Shown: positions 8,408-18,027, numbered from the stretch's first letter. The stretch is DNA of 64,000 bases from Thermoplasmata archaeon (GCA_035502475.1 DATJUJ010000034.1:532-64531), one strand, 5' to 3'. The notes: generated by a model from the letters alone, not told the origin. Numbers and translations: made by a program.

Positions 8408-9835
8408 ATGGTCGACCTCCCCGACAAGGCGACGGCGTTCGTCGACTGGTACCTCGCCGCTGTCGAGGCGGCGGAGCTCACCGACAAGCGCTACCCGGTG
8501 AAGGGGATGAACGTCTGGCCCCCCTACGGGCTCGCCGCGCGCCGCCTCCTGGACGCCGTGCTCGTCCGCGCGATCGAGGCGACCGGATCGTCGGCGGTCG
8601 AGTTTCCGACCCTGATCCCCCGGACGGAGTTCCAAAAGGAGGCCGAGCACATCAAGGGGTTCGAGGGGGAGGTCTTCTGGGTCACCCGCGGCGGGACGAG
8701 CGAGCTCGACATCCCCCTCGCGCTCCGGCCGACCTCGGAGACGGCGATGTACCCCATCTTCGCGCTCTGGGTCCGCTCGCACCGGGACCTGCCGCTCAAC
8801 GTCTACCAGATCGTCAACACGTTCCGCTACGACACCAAGACGACGCGGCCGTTCTTCCGGGTCCGGGAGATCCACTTCTTCGAGGAGCACACCTGCCAGC
8901 TGGACGAGGCCGGCGGGGTCGGGCGCGTCCGCTCGAACCTCGCCGCGTTCCGGCAGATGGCCGAGGCGTTCGCCCTCCCGTACGTCACGCTCCGGCGGCC
9001 CGATTGGGACAAGTTCCCCGGGGCGCGCTACTCGCTCGCGTTCGACTCGCCCCTCGGGGGGCCGCACACGTCCCAGCTCGGGACGGTCCACTACTACCAC
9101 GAGAACTTCGCCCGCCCGTACCAGATCCAGTACGAGGCGGCCGACGGGACCCAGCGGTTCGTCCATCAGACGACGTTCGGGCTCTCCGAACGGCTCCTGG
9201 GCGGGATCGTGGCCGTCCACGGGGACGCGAAGGGGGTCGTGCTGCCGACCGCGGTCGCGCCGTACGAGGTCGTGATCGTGCCCGTCGTCACGGCCGCGTC
9301 GGGCGACGCGCCGCTCGAGGCGGCGCGCGCGCATGCCGACCGGCTGCGTCGCCACGGCCGTCGCGTGCACCTCGACACGCGGGACGACCGCCCGGGCGCC
9401 AAGTACTACCACTGGGAGGCGCGCGGGGTGCCGCTGCGCCTCGAGGTCGGCCGTCGGGAGGCCGAGCAGGGCTCCGTCACGGCCGTCGATCGGCTGGGCG
9501 GTCGCTCGACGATCGCCGCGGACGTGCTCGAGGCGGAGGTCGCGGCCCGGCTCGCGGACTTCGATGCCGCGCTCCGCGCGCGGGCCCGCGCGCAGTTCCG
9601 GGACCGGTTCCGGGTGGTCCGGTCCCTGGCCGAGCTCCCGGGGAGCGCGACGGTCGCGGTCCTCTCCTGGTGCGGCCGGGAGGCGTGCGGCCACGCGATC
9701 GAGACCGCGATCGACGGAGCGCTCCTGGGGACGCCCGAAGAGGAGCTCCCGATCCCGGTGGACGCCCCGGGTCCGTGCGTCGCGTGCGGGGAGACGGCCG
9801 AGGCGCGCTGGGCGGTCGCCGCGCGACCGATCTGA
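8408..9835 (+). CDS. proS: proline--tRNA ligase (archaeal/eukaryotic type)
   Basis: 475 aa from ATG 8408. Class II motifs LRPTSETAMYP, FRYDTKTTRPFFRVREIHFFEEH and the HQTTFGLSERLLG region, plus an anticodon-binding domain and a C-terminal zinc-binding domain. Confidence 0.95.
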   Translation: MVDLPDKATAFVDWYLAAVEAAELTDKRYPVKGMNVWPPYGLAARRLLDAVLVRAIEATGSSAVEFPTLIPRTEFQKEAEHIKGFEGEVFWVTRGGTSELDIPLALRPTSETAMYPIFALWVRSHRDLPLNVYQIVNTFRYDTKTTRPFFRVREIHFFEEHTCQLDEAGGVGRVRSNLAAFRQMAEAFALPYVTLRRPDWDKFPGARYSLAFDSPLGGPHTSQLGTVHYYHENFARPYQIQYEAADGTQRFVHQTTFGLSERLLGGIVAVHGDAKGVVLPTAVAPYEVVIVPVVTAASGDAPLEAARAHADRLRRHGRRVHLDTRDDRPGAKYYHWEARGVPLRLEVGRREAEQGSVTAVDRLGGRSTIAADVLEAEVAARLADFDAALRARARAQFRDRFRVVRSLAELPGSATVAVLSWCGREACGHAIETAIDGALLGTPEEELPIPVDAPGPCVACGETAEARWAVAARPI

Positions 9836-9842
9836 TCCGCGC

Positions 9843-10106
9843 CTACGGCTCGGTCGACAGCGGGGCCGGTGGGCTCGGCAGGACGAGCCACATCCCGGCG
9901 AGGCCGAACAGGAGCAGCGTGATGAACACGGCGTACACGCCGTTGTCGAACCAGACGCGGAACGAAACGCCCCACCAGACGTAGAAGGCGACCGCGAGCA
10001 CGACCAGGAACGCGAACCCCCAGAACGAGACCTTGCGCGCGAGCGACATCTCGCGCGGTCGGCCGGCGGGGGCGGGCGTCGGCGCAGCGGGCGCGTCCGG
10101 GGCCAT
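9843..10106 (-). CDS. small membrane protein, two predicted TM helices
   Basis: 87-aa ORF with hydrophobic spans FWGFAFLVVLAVAFYVWWGV and VYAVFITLLLFGLAGMWLVL. A TATA-like island lies 27 nt upstream of its ATG. Confidence 0.55.
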   Translation of the reverse strand: MAPDAPAAPTPAPAGRPREMSLARKVSFWGFAFLVVLAVAFYVWWGVSFRVWFDNGVYAVFITLLLFGLAGMWLVLPSPPAPLSTEP

Positions 10107-10128
10107 CGACGCGTTCGAGCCGGGGCGC

Positions 10129-10138
10129 GTTAGATAAC
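10129..10138 (-). promoter_or_regulatory. putative TATA box (GTTATCTAAC on minus strand) for 9843..10106
   Basis: AT island centred about 27 nt upstream of ATG 10106, implying a leaderless transcript. Confidence 0.4.
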
Positions 10139-10193
10139 CCTTGCGGGACCGCGACGGCGTGGGGGGTCGACCTCGCCCGGGGTCCGACGCCAG

Positions 10194-10203
10194 CCTTAAC
10201 GTT
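10194..10203 (+). promoter_or_regulatory. putative TATA box (CCTTAACGTT) for 10227..11834
   Basis: AT island centred about 28 nt upstream of ATG 10227. Confidence 0.4.
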
Positions 10204-10226
10204 CGCCGGCGGATAGAACGCGGTCG

Positions 10227-11834
10227 ATGGCGGGCAGCGCCGAAGGTCCCGTCGCGGCCCGGCGCCCGGGCGCGACGTCGTTCGAGGAGCTCTCAGCCGA
10301 GGAGCACCGGATCCTCGCGTACGCGAGCGCCATCGGCTCGGAGTTCGACTTCGACCTCCTGGTCGGGGCGATGGGGACCGACGAGGAGCTGCTCGCCGAG
10401 CGGCTCGAGCGCCTCGTCCACGCGGGGGTCCTGAGGGAGCGGCCCGGGGGGGACCGGTTCGGCTTCGTCGAGGAGGAGTTCCGCGCGCGGGTCTACCGGT
10501 CGCTCACGGAGAGCCGCCTCCGGGTGCTGCACCGGAAGATCGCCGAGGTCCTCGAGCGCATGCACCCCCAGCCGTCCGCGGAGATCCTGCGCGAGCTCGG
10601 CCGGCACTACTTCCTGGGGAAGGTCCCGGAGAAATCCTATCGCTACAACCGGCAGGCCGCGGAGGAGGCCCGGGCCGCCGAGGAGCCGGAGGTCGCGACC
10701 CACCACCTCCAGCGCGTCCTGGTCGACCTCGCGGCGCTCGGTGGAGAGCGCCGACGCGAGGAGGTCGACGTCGCCGAGAGCCTCGGCGACCTCTACTTCT
10801 CGATCGGCGACTACGCCGCGGCGGACCGGTACTACGCGGAGGCGCTCGACCGGATCGGCGTCGAGGAGCCGCGCGTCCGGGGCCGCCTGCGGCTCGCGCG
10901 CGCCGAGGTCGCGCGCGAGCAGCTCAACGTCCAGGAGGCGACGCAGGGCGCGGTCGAGGCCCGGCACCTGTTCGAGTCGGCCGAGGACCCGCTCGGCGTC
11001 GCCCAGACCTACCGCCTCCTCGGACGGATCGCCTTCCAGCGCGGCGCCTACCGGGATGCGCTCGAAGAGAACATGCGCGCGCTCGACCTCCTCGGGCCCA
11101 CCGCCGACCCCCGGCTCCTGGGCCGGCTCTCCATCGACATCGGCAACTCCTTCGCGCTGCTCGGCCCCGAGGTCCGCTCGGTGGCGGTCGAGTGGTACGA
11201 GCGGGCGATCGACCGCCTGCGTCAGGCCGCCGACTGGCCCGAGCTGTCGCGCGCCTACCACAACCTCGGCGTCGCGGTCGGCGAGCTCCAGCCGCAGGAT
11301 GGGCTCGACTACCTCGAGAAGGCCCAGGAGGCCGGGGAGCGGGCCCACGATCCGCGCTCGACGGGGCGATCGCTCCTGTCGGGCGTCGAGCTCCGGCTCG
11401 CGCTCGGCCAGCTCGACGAGGCGGAGCGGGACAACGAACAGGCGGGGCGCCTCCTCGGCCGGCTCACCGACGACCTCGGCCTCCAGCTCGTGGAGGTCAA
11501 CCGGGGCCAGATCGACGAACGACGCGGCCAGTGGGAGGACGCCGAACGCGCCTACGAGCGGGCCGCCGACATCTGCCGACGCTTCCACCTGCCCGCCGAC
11601 GAAGCGGAGGTCGAGTTCCACCTGGCCCGGCTCCGGTTCAAGACCCGCGATCTGGAGGGCGCCCGTCGGGCGCTGCGGCTCGCGGCCGATCTCGGCCTCA
11701 CCGAGCTCCGGCCGACGCTCGCTCCCGCGTTCGACGACCTCAAGCGCCAGCTCGACCGGGCCGGCCCCGAGGACTCCGCGGAGGCCCCCGGGAGCCTCCG
11801 GCCGGCCGACCCGCGCCCCGGAAGAGAGTTATAA
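10227..11834 (+). CDS. TPR-repeat protein, NTPase-less paralog of the downstream STAND ATPase
   Basis: 535 aa. The N-terminal segment ILAYASAIGSEFDFDLL...RLVHAGVLRERPGGDRFGFVEEEFRARVYRSLTESRLRVLHRKIAEVLE aligns by eye with residues around ILGKEFDFPKL...LHRKAGRALE of the next gene. The rest is TPR-like helical repeats. No P-loop is present. Confidence 0.75.
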   Translation: MAGSAEGPVAARRPGATSFEELSAEEHRILAYASAIGSEFDFDLLVGAMGTDEELLAERLERLVHAGVLRERPGGDRFGFVEEEFRARVYRSLTESRLRVLHRKIAEVLERMHPQPSAEILRELGRHYFLGKVPEKSYRYNRQAAEEARAAEEPEVATHHLQRVLVDLAALGGERRREEVDVAESLGDLYFSIGDYAAADRYYAEALDRIGVEEPRVRGRLRLARAEVAREQLNVQEATQGAVEARHLFESAEDPLGVAQTYRLLGRIAFQRGAYRDALEENMRALDLLGPTADPRLLGRLSIDIGNSFALLGPEVRSVAVEWYERAIDRLRQAADWPELSRAYHNLGVAVGELQPQDGLDYLEKAQEAGERAHDPRSTGRSLLSGVELRLALGQLDEAERDNEQAGRLLGRLTDDLGLQLVEVNRGQIDERRGQWEDAERAYERAADICRRFHLPADEAEVEFHLARLRFKTRDLEGARRALRLAADLGLTELRPTLAPAFDDLKRQLDRAGPEDSAEAPGSLRPADPRPGREL

Positions 11835-11836
11835 GC
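11827..11836 (+). promoter_or_regulatory. putative TATA box (AGTTATAAGC) for 11859..14279
   Basis: The AT island overlaps the TAA stop of the upstream gene and is centred 27 nt upstream of GTG 11859. Confidence 0.4.
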
Positions 11837-11858
11837 CGGGGCCGAGCTAAACGGGCGC

Positions 11859-14279
11859 GTGGCAGCGGGCCGGGACGCGCCGCGGGGGTCGGCCGCGCCG
11901 CTGTTCGGCCGCGAAGAGATCGCGCGCGACCTGCGCCGGCTGCTCGAGCAGGCGGCCGAGCACCACGGCTCCGGCGTCCTGCTCGTGGGCGCGGCCGGCA
12001 TCGGGAAGACCCAGATGCTGCGCTGGCTCGCGGCCCGCGCCCGGACGCGGGGGTTCGTGGTCCTCACCGGCCGCGCCCTGCCCGAGGAGCTGCCCGCCCC
12101 GTTCTCGCTCGTCCGGGACCTGACCCGATCTCCCGAGGCCCGGACGCCGCCCGAGCGTTCGGACGAGCCCGACGTGAGCCCCGGGGCGATCTTCCTCGCC
12201 CCGTTCGCCGACGCGGCCGGAGACCGCGAGCGGTCGGGAGCCGGTGCCGCGACCGACGACTCCGAGGCCCTGCTCGCCCCGATCTTTGGCGAGGAGGCGG
12301 GGGACGTCGCCTCGAGCCGGGACGAGCTGTTCGGGCGGCTCTCCGACCACCTCCTCGGCCTCGCTCGGACGCGGCCGCTCCTGATCGCGATCGACGACCT
12401 CGCCTTCGCCGACAGCTCGTCGCTCGAGTTCTGGCGCCGGTTCCTCGGCGAGATCGCCGGCGAGGCGGTCGCCTTCCTCGCGACCGCCCCGCTGCTCGAG
12501 GACGGGCCCCCGCGCTCGCGCGACGCGATCGCCGGCCTCGAGCGCCAGCCGACCGTGCGCACGATCCCGATGCGCCCGATGACCGTCCCCGAGGTCGGCG
12601 AGTTCGTCCGGTGGATCTCGGGCGGCCGGGACCCGGACCGGGCCGACGTGCTGCGCTGGCATGCCCAGACCGAAGGGAACCCGTTGTTCGTGGAGCAGCT
12701 CGTCCGGACGTCGATCGGGGGGACCCGGCCCGTGGCGCCCGTCGACGAGCCGTCGGGGCGCGATGTCACCGAGATGCTGCTGGCGCGCACCCGGGCCCTC
12801 GGCGAGGCTGAGGGGCGTCTGCTCACCTACGCCGCCATCCTCGGGAAGGAGTTCGACTTCCCCAAGCTCGCGGCCGTCGCGGGGAAGGGCGAGGAGCGGG
12901 TCACCGAGAGCCTCGACCGCCTGGTCCAGGACGGGCTCGTCCGAGAGAAGGGCGGCGAGGTCTACGAGTTCGTCTCGGAGGCGGTCCGCCTCGCGGTCTA
13001 CGGCGAGCTCACCGAGACCCGACGCCGGCTCCTCCACCGCAAGGCCGGCCGCGCGCTCGAGGGGTCGCGCACCGCGAGCGACACCGAGCTCGCGCGCCAG
13101 TTCTACCTCGGCCGGGACGATGCGAAGGCGATCGAGTACAACGACCGCGCGGCGCAGAGCGCGAAACGGGCGTTCGCGTTCGAGACCGCCGGCGCGCACG
13201 TCGCGCGCGCGCTCGAGGCGGCGCGGCGCTCCGGATCCGCAGACCCGCGGGCCGAGCTTCGCTTGCTGGTCGAGCAAGGACGGCTGTTCGAGGAGGTCGG
13301 GAACCTCCCGCGGGCCGACGAGGTCCTGCTCGAGGCCGTCGAGCTCGCCCGGGCGCGGCCGGGCTCCGACGCCGAGCTCGGCCGGGCGCTCCTGGGGCTC
13401 GCCCAGACCCGGACCGACCAGGCGCAGTACTCGTCCGCGGCGCTCCTGGGCAACGAGGCCGCGGAGCTCCTCGGACGGGTCGGGAGCTGGCGCGAGGCGC
13501 TCGACTCGCACCGGGTGCTCGGCACGATCGCCTGGCGGGTCGGCAACATCCCCGAGGCCGAACGGCACCGCCGGCAGGCGCTCGCGATCGCGGAGAGCGA
13601 CGGGAGCGCGCTCGACCAGGGCCAGGCGCTCGTCGACCTCGCGAACACCGTCGTGCCGCTCGGCGCCGACGGGTTCGAGTCGGCGCTCTCGCTCTACACG
13701 CGGGCCGCCGATCTGTTCGCGACCCTCGAACACCACGCCGCGCAGGCGCGCGTGCTGATGAACCGGGCCGTGCTCGAGTACGAGGCCGGACGGACCGACG
13801 AGGCGTTCGCCGACCTCGGCCGGGCGATCGTCGCCGCCGAGCGTTCCCGCTCGCCGATCTGGATCGGCTACTGCCATCTCAACCTCGCCCAGTGGAACGC
13901 CGAGCAGGGGCGCCCGGGTCCGGCGCGCGCCGCCCTCGACCGGGCGGTGCAGGCCGTCGGCCCGCTCGGCGACCGGCTCGCCACCCAGCAGGTGGCGATG
14001 ACCCGCGGCATGCTCGCGGAGGCCGAGCACGCGTTCGATCTCGCCGAGTCGCACTACCAGGACGCCCTCGCCCAGGCCCGGACGATCGGGATGCCGGTCG
14101 AGGTCTCCGAGATGCTGTTCCGCCTCGCCCACCTCGCCCACGCGCGCGGGGACGAGGCCGCCGCGCGCGAGCGGCTTACCGAGGCGCTCGCAGCCGACCT
14201 CCGCGCCCACCGCCCCGACCTGGTCGCGCGCGTGGCCGCGCTCGAGGAGGCCCTGCGCGGCGACGGGAGCCGGGGTTAA
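11859..14279 (+). CDS. STAND-type AAA ATPase (AAA_16-like) with winged-helix linker and C-terminal TPR array
   Basis: 806 aa. Walker A LLVGAAGIGKTQ, Walker B LLIAIDDLAFAD, a GNPLFVEQL motif typical of MalT/AfsR-like STAND regulators, then TPR repeats. No recognisable effector domain. Confidence 0.8.
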   Translation: MAAGRDAPRGSAAPLFGREEIARDLRRLLEQAAEHHGSGVLLVGAAGIGKTQMLRWLAARARTRGFVVLTGRALPEELPAPFSLVRDLTRSPEARTPPERSDEPDVSPGAIFLAPFADAAGDRERSGAGAATDDSEALLAPIFGEEAGDVASSRDELFGRLSDHLLGLARTRPLLIAIDDLAFADSSSLEFWRRFLGEIAGEAVAFLATAPLLEDGPPRSRDAIAGLERQPTVRTIPMRPMTVPEVGEFVRWISGGRDPDRADVLRWHAQTEGNPLFVEQLVRTSIGGTRPVAPVDEPSGRDVTEMLLARTRALGEAEGRLLTYAAILGKEFDFPKLAAVAGKGEERVTESLDRLVQDGLVREKGGEVYEFVSEAVRLAVYGELTETRRRLLHRKAGRALEGSRTASDTELARQFYLGRDDAKAIEYNDRAAQSAKRAFAFETAGAHVARALEAARRSGSADPRAELRLLVEQGRLFEEVGNLPRADEVLLEAVELARARPGSDAELGRALLGLAQTRTDQAQYSSAALLGNEAAELLGRVGSWREALDSHRVLGTIAWRVGNIPEAERHRRQALAIAESDGSALDQGQALVDLANTVVPLGADGFESALSLYTRAADLFATLEHHAAQARVLMNRAVLEYEAGRTDEAFADLGRAIVAAERSRSPIWIGYCHLNLAQWNAEQGRPGPARAALDRAVQAVGPLGDRLATQQVAMTRGMLAEAEHAFDLAESHYQDALAQARTIGMPVEVSEMLFRLAHLAHARGDEAAARERLTEALAADLRAHRPDLVARVAALEEALRGDGSRG

Positions 14280-14303
14280 GCCGCGGTCCCGCTCCCCCGC
14301 CGC

Positions 14304-15098
14304 GTGACGACCCCGCCCGGTCCGGGGCGCACCGCCCCCGACGGCTCCCCGTACCCGGACCGGACGACCCCGGGGTTCGAACGCGACGTGCGGCGGATGT
14401 TCACGCACATCGCCGAGCGCTACGACTGGTTCGATCACGTCGCCTCGATGGGGAACGACTTCCTCTGGCGACCGCGGGCGTTCTGGGACCTCGCCCGCTT
14501 CCGCGGGTCGCGACCGACCGAGCGCATCCTCGACGTGGGCTGCGGCACGGGCGACCTCGCGCGGCTCGGGGCCCGGCGGTTCCCTCGCGCCCGGGTCCTC
14601 GCCTCCGACTTCACCGCGGCCATGCTCCAGAAGGCCGAACGCCGGACCCGGGGCCGGCCCGAGGCCGTCCGCGTCGCCTTCGCCCGGGCGAACGCGCTCC
14701 GACTCCCGTTCCCCGACGCGACGTTCGACCTCGCGACCAACGCGTTCGTCGCGCGGAACTTCTCCGACCTCCCGGCCGCGCTGCGCGAGCTGCGGCGGGT
14801 GCTCCGCCCCGACGGGACCCTGCTCACGCTCGAGATCACGGAGCCGACCTCGTCCGGGTTCGGGGCGGTCTTTCACGCCTACTTCGACCGGGTCGTGCCG
14901 ATGATGGGGGCGGCCGTCGCGAGCGCCGGGCCGTACCGCTACCTGCCGGAGTCGCTCCGCAGCCTGCCGGACCGGCCCCGGTTCGCGGCCCTTCTGCGGG
15001 ACGCCGGCTTCGCCCGCGTCGTCGCCCGGCCCCAGTCGCTCGGGATCGTGACGACGTTCCTCGCCGACGTGGCCCCCGCTCCGCACCAAAGCCGTTAA
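14304..15098 (+). CDS. ubiE: demethylmenaquinone/ubiquinone C-methyltransferase (UbiE/MenG family)
   Basis: FTHIAERYDWFDHVASMG, the SAM motif ILDVGCGTGD and NAFVARNF fit the UbiE/COQ5 family pattern. GTG start. Confidence 0.8.
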   Translation: MTTPPGPGRTAPDGSPYPDRTTPGFERDVRRMFTHIAERYDWFDHVASMGNDFLWRPRAFWDLARFRGSRPTERILDVGCGTGDLARLGARRFPRARVLASDFTAAMLQKAERRTRGRPEAVRVAFARANALRLPFPDATFDLATNAFVARNFSDLPAALRELRRVLRPDGTLLTLEITEPTSSGFGAVFHAYFDRVVPMMGAAVASAGPYRYLPESLRSLPDRPRFAALLRDAGFARVVARPQSLGIVTTFLADVAPAPHQSR

Positions 15099-15124
15099 GC
15101 GGGCCCGGGCCGCTTCCCGCGTTC

Positions 15125-16246
15125 GTGGCCGCGGCTCCCTCGAGCGAGGCGTTCCGCTACGCCCACGCGCACCGGCACGAGGTGGCGTGGATGTCCCAGA
15201 ACACGAACCACCTCGTGCCTCCCGAGGTGATCCGGGACGCCGTCGAGCGCGCGCTCGCGGAGCGGCGCTACGAGGGCTACCCGCTCGGCACGGGCGAGCC
15301 CGAGCTGCTCGAGCTCGTGGCCCGCGACCTGGGCCGGCCCGGGCTCGTCCCGTTCCTCACGTCCGGCGGGACGGAGTCGCTCTACATGATCACGCGCGCC
15401 CTCCTCGGCGCCGGCGACGAGGTCCTCGCCTCGGATCCGAGCTACCTCATCATCCACCGCTTCGTCGAGCTGTCGGGCGCGCGCACGGTCAACCTCGACG
15501 TCTACGCGCCGCCGTACCGGCTCACCGCCGAGCGCGTCGCGGAGGCGATCGGCCCCCGGACGAAGATGATCCTGCTCATCGATCCGTTGAACCCGCTCGG
15601 CTCGGGCTATCCGCGCGACGAGGTGCGCGCGATCGCCGAGCTCGCGCACGACCACCACCTGACCCTGCTCAACGACGTCACGTACCGGGACTTCTCCGAC
15701 GGCCACGCGCTCGCGGCCGAGTTCGCGCCGGAGGAGACGGTCACCGTGTGGTCGGTCTCGAAGAACTGCGGACTCGCCGGGCTTCGGCTCGGCGGCCTCC
15801 TCGCGACGGCCGAGCGCGTCCGGGCCCTCGCGCGGTTCAACACGAACGACCTCGGGGTCAACATCTTCGCCCAGGTCGCGGCGATCGCCGCGCTGCGCAC
15901 GAAGGCGTCCTGGATCGGCCGGGTGGTCGCCCAGACCCGGGCCAACGGAGCGCGGATCCGCGAGGTCGTGGACGGCGTCCCGGGCACCGCGCTGCTGGCG
16001 TACCCCTCGCGCGCGAACATGCTGGCGATCGACGTCGCCCGCGCCGGACTCTCGCCCGAGGCGCTCCAGGACGAGCTGCTCCGCACGCACGGGGTGTTCG
16101 TCCGCGCGGGCAACTACCTCTCGCCGACGCACGGCCGCGAGTTCGTCCGGGTCTCGTTCTCGAACCCGCCCGCCGATCTCGAGCGGTTCGCGACGGCGTT
16201 CCCGACCGCGGTCCGCGCCCTGCGCCCCGTCAGCGCCCCGGCATAG
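15125..16246 (+). CDS. class I/II pyridoxal-phosphate-dependent aminotransferase
   Basis: PLP-lysine motif SVSKNCGLAGLRLG, plus IDPLNPLG and SFSNP. The start is set at GTG 15125; ATG 15191 is an alternative. Confidence 0.85.
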   Translation: MAAAPSSEAFRYAHAHRHEVAWMSQNTNHLVPPEVIRDAVERALAERRYEGYPLGTGEPELLELVARDLGRPGLVPFLTSGGTESLYMITRALLGAGDEVLASDPSYLIIHRFVELSGARTVNLDVYAPPYRLTAERVAEAIGPRTKMILLIDPLNPLGSGYPRDEVRAIAELAHDHHLTLLNDVTYRDFSDGHALAAEFAPEETVTVWSVSKNCGLAGLRLGGLLATAERVRALARFNTNDLGVNIFAQVAAIAALRTKASWIGRVVAQTRANGARIREVVDGVPGTALLAYPSRANMLAIDVARAGLSPEALQDELLRTHGVFVRAGNYLSPTHGREFVRVSFSNPPADLERFATAFPTAVRALRPVSAPA

Positions 16247-17123
16247 TGCCCGGCCGCGCCCCGGGGCCGTCGACCCGGGCGTCGACGACCACGTGGGTGC
16301 GACCGGGGCCGTACGGCTTCACCGCGCGGCCCCGCGGCGGCGCCCGCAGCGAGCCGCCCGCGGCGCGGACGGCCGCCTCGGTCGCGGCGACGGCCCGGGC
16401 CTCGGCCCCCCGGGCGTCCTCGATCGAGTGCACGTGGATCCACGCTCCCGGCCGGGCGAGGGCGAGCGCCCGCGGGATCCACGGCCGCGCGCTCGGAAGG
16501 TAGCCGAGGAACAGCCGATCCGCCGACGCGGGGGCCAGGTCGACGGTGCGGTTGTCCCCCAGGACGGGGACGACCCGCTCCGCGACGCCGTTGCGCGCCG
16601 CGTTCTCGGTGAGGTAGCGGATCGCGAGGGGGTTGTGGTCGACGGCGACGACCGCGCGGGCCCGGCCGGGCAGCGCGGCCGGGATCGAAAAGTAGCCGAT
16701 CCCCGCGAACAGGTCGACGACCCGCTCGTCGGGCCGCACGAGGGCGCCGGCCCGCCGACGCTCGGTCCGGTTCCCGGCGGCGAACATGATCCGGGCGGCG
16801 TCGAACCGCCAGCGCACGCCGTGCTCGAGGACCTCCGTCTCCGTCGGGCCGCCGGCGATCCGTTCGACGGTCGGGGTCCGACGGTCGCCCGCGATCGGTC
16901 CGGTGCGCACGAGCACGGTCGCGACCCGAAGGGTCTCCTGCCAGGCCGCGCCGAGGAGGGGGAAGTACGGCCGGAAGGCGTCGGGGAGCCGCAATACCAG
17001 CACGCGACCGAGCCGCTGGTAGCCGCGGGGCATCGCGGCGGCGAGCTCGGGTCCCGCGGCCTCGGCGAGCCGCGCCCGGACCCGCTCGGCCGGCGGGCGC
17101 CGGGCGGAGCGGGGCGGGGCCAC
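16230..17123 (-). CDS. tRNA methyltransferase/aminocarboxypropyltransferase of the Trm5/Taw2 (Met-10+) family
   Basis: VVDLFAGIGYFSIPAA SAM motif and DHNPLAIRYLTENAARNG (NP loop). The C-terminal about 40 aa are low-complexity, so the true stop context is uncertain. Confidence 0.75.
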   Translation of the reverse strand: MAPPRSARRPPAERVRARLAEAAGPELAAAMPRGYQRLGRVLVLRLPDAFRPYFPLLGAAWQETLRVATVLVRTGPIAGDRRTPTVERIAGGPTETEVLEHGVRWRFDAARIMFAAGNRTERRRAGALVRPDERVVDLFAGIGYFSIPAALPGRARAVVAVDHNPLAIRYLTENAARNGVAERVVPVLGDNRTVDLAPASADRLFLGYLPSARPWIPRALALARPGAWIHVHSIEDARGAEARAVAATEAAVRAAGGSLRAPPRGRAVKPYGPGRTHVVVDARVDGPGARPGTMPGR

Positions 17124-17145
17124 CGTCCTCCGACCGGACGCCGGC

Positions 17146-17901
17146 CTAGGCCGGCGCCTCGTCGGGCCCCTTCTCGAGGATGATCTCGAGGAACTGCTTC
17201 AGGTGCGCGATGAGGATCGGGTTGTCCGTGAACCCGCACGCGTCGAAGCCGGGCGCCGCGAGGAGCGCATGCTCGCCGTCGGCGAGCACCTCGGTGGCGC
17301 GGAGGTTCTCCCGCGGGACGTACTCGACGCCCTCGGGCACGCGCTGGAGCGGGGCCGTCACGAACGTGACCCGCACGCCCCGCTTCACCGCGTGCTGGAG
17401 CTTCTTCCCGAGCTCGTCGCGGACCTCGGAGACCTGCGGCGTCGTGAGGATGAACGTGCGCATCGACTGCTCCAAGAGCTCCCCGACCTTCGCGAGCACC
17501 TTCTCCCGACCGCTGAGGAGGTAGACCAGCTGCGGCTCGCCGTGCTCGGCGACGACCCGGTGCAGGGCGGCGAGCTGCTCGAAGACCTCCTGGATCGCGG
17601 TCTTCAGCGTCTCGGCGACGTCGAGCGGGGGGGTCGGGCGGAAGAGGATCGGCTTCCCCCCCGTCGGCTGGGCGTACCCCTTCGCGGCGAGCGACTCGAG
17701 CACCTTGTAGGCGCTCGTGCGCGGGATCCCGGCGGCGGTCGCGAGGGTCGCGGCGTCGCCGACGCCGCGGGCCACGAGCGCGATGTACGCCCGGGCCTCG
17801 TACTGGGTCAGCCCGACCTTCCCCAGGACCTCCGCGGCCCGGCGGAACTCGTCGGACGACTGGTTGCCGAGCGAGACGGCGGCCTGTTCGAGCGTCGCCA
17901 T
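17146..17901 (-). CDS. TrmB-family transcriptional regulator
   Basis: N-terminal wHTH LTQYEARAYIALVARGVGDAATLATAAGIPRTSAYKVLESLAAKGY followed by a TrmB-like C-terminal domain. Confidence 0.8.
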   Translation of the reverse strand: MATLEQAAVSLGNQSSDEFRRAAEVLGKVGLTQYEARAYIALVARGVGDAATLATAAGIPRTSAYKVLESLAAKGYAQPTGGKPILFRPTPPLDVAETLKTAIQEVFEQLAALHRVVAEHGEPQLVYLLSGREKVLAKVGELLEQSMRTFILTTPQVSEVRDELGKKLQHAVKRGVRVTFVTAPLQRVPEGVEYVPRENLRATEVLADGEHALLAAPGFDACGFTDNPILIAHLKQFLEIILEKGPDEAPA

Positions 17902-18027
17902 CCGGGCGGCCGAGGTACGCGGAGAGTCTTAACCTGTCACTGGGCGGCCCTCCGGGCGCGCGCCGGAAACCCTTAGGTCGGGTGTCGGTCTGGGGAGGCC
18001 CTCCTTCGGCGGGGCCGAGGCGCACCG

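Noticed and set aside
6589-9984. 1131-aa plus-strand ORF, and similar giants (11847..15089 minus, 17929..20331 minus, 27606..29531 minus, 43278..45032 minus, 57784..60384 minus, 60774..62999 minus)
   Set aside because: All are Arg/Gly/Pro/Asp-dominated with no family motifs, and all shadow well-supported genes on the other strand or in another frame.
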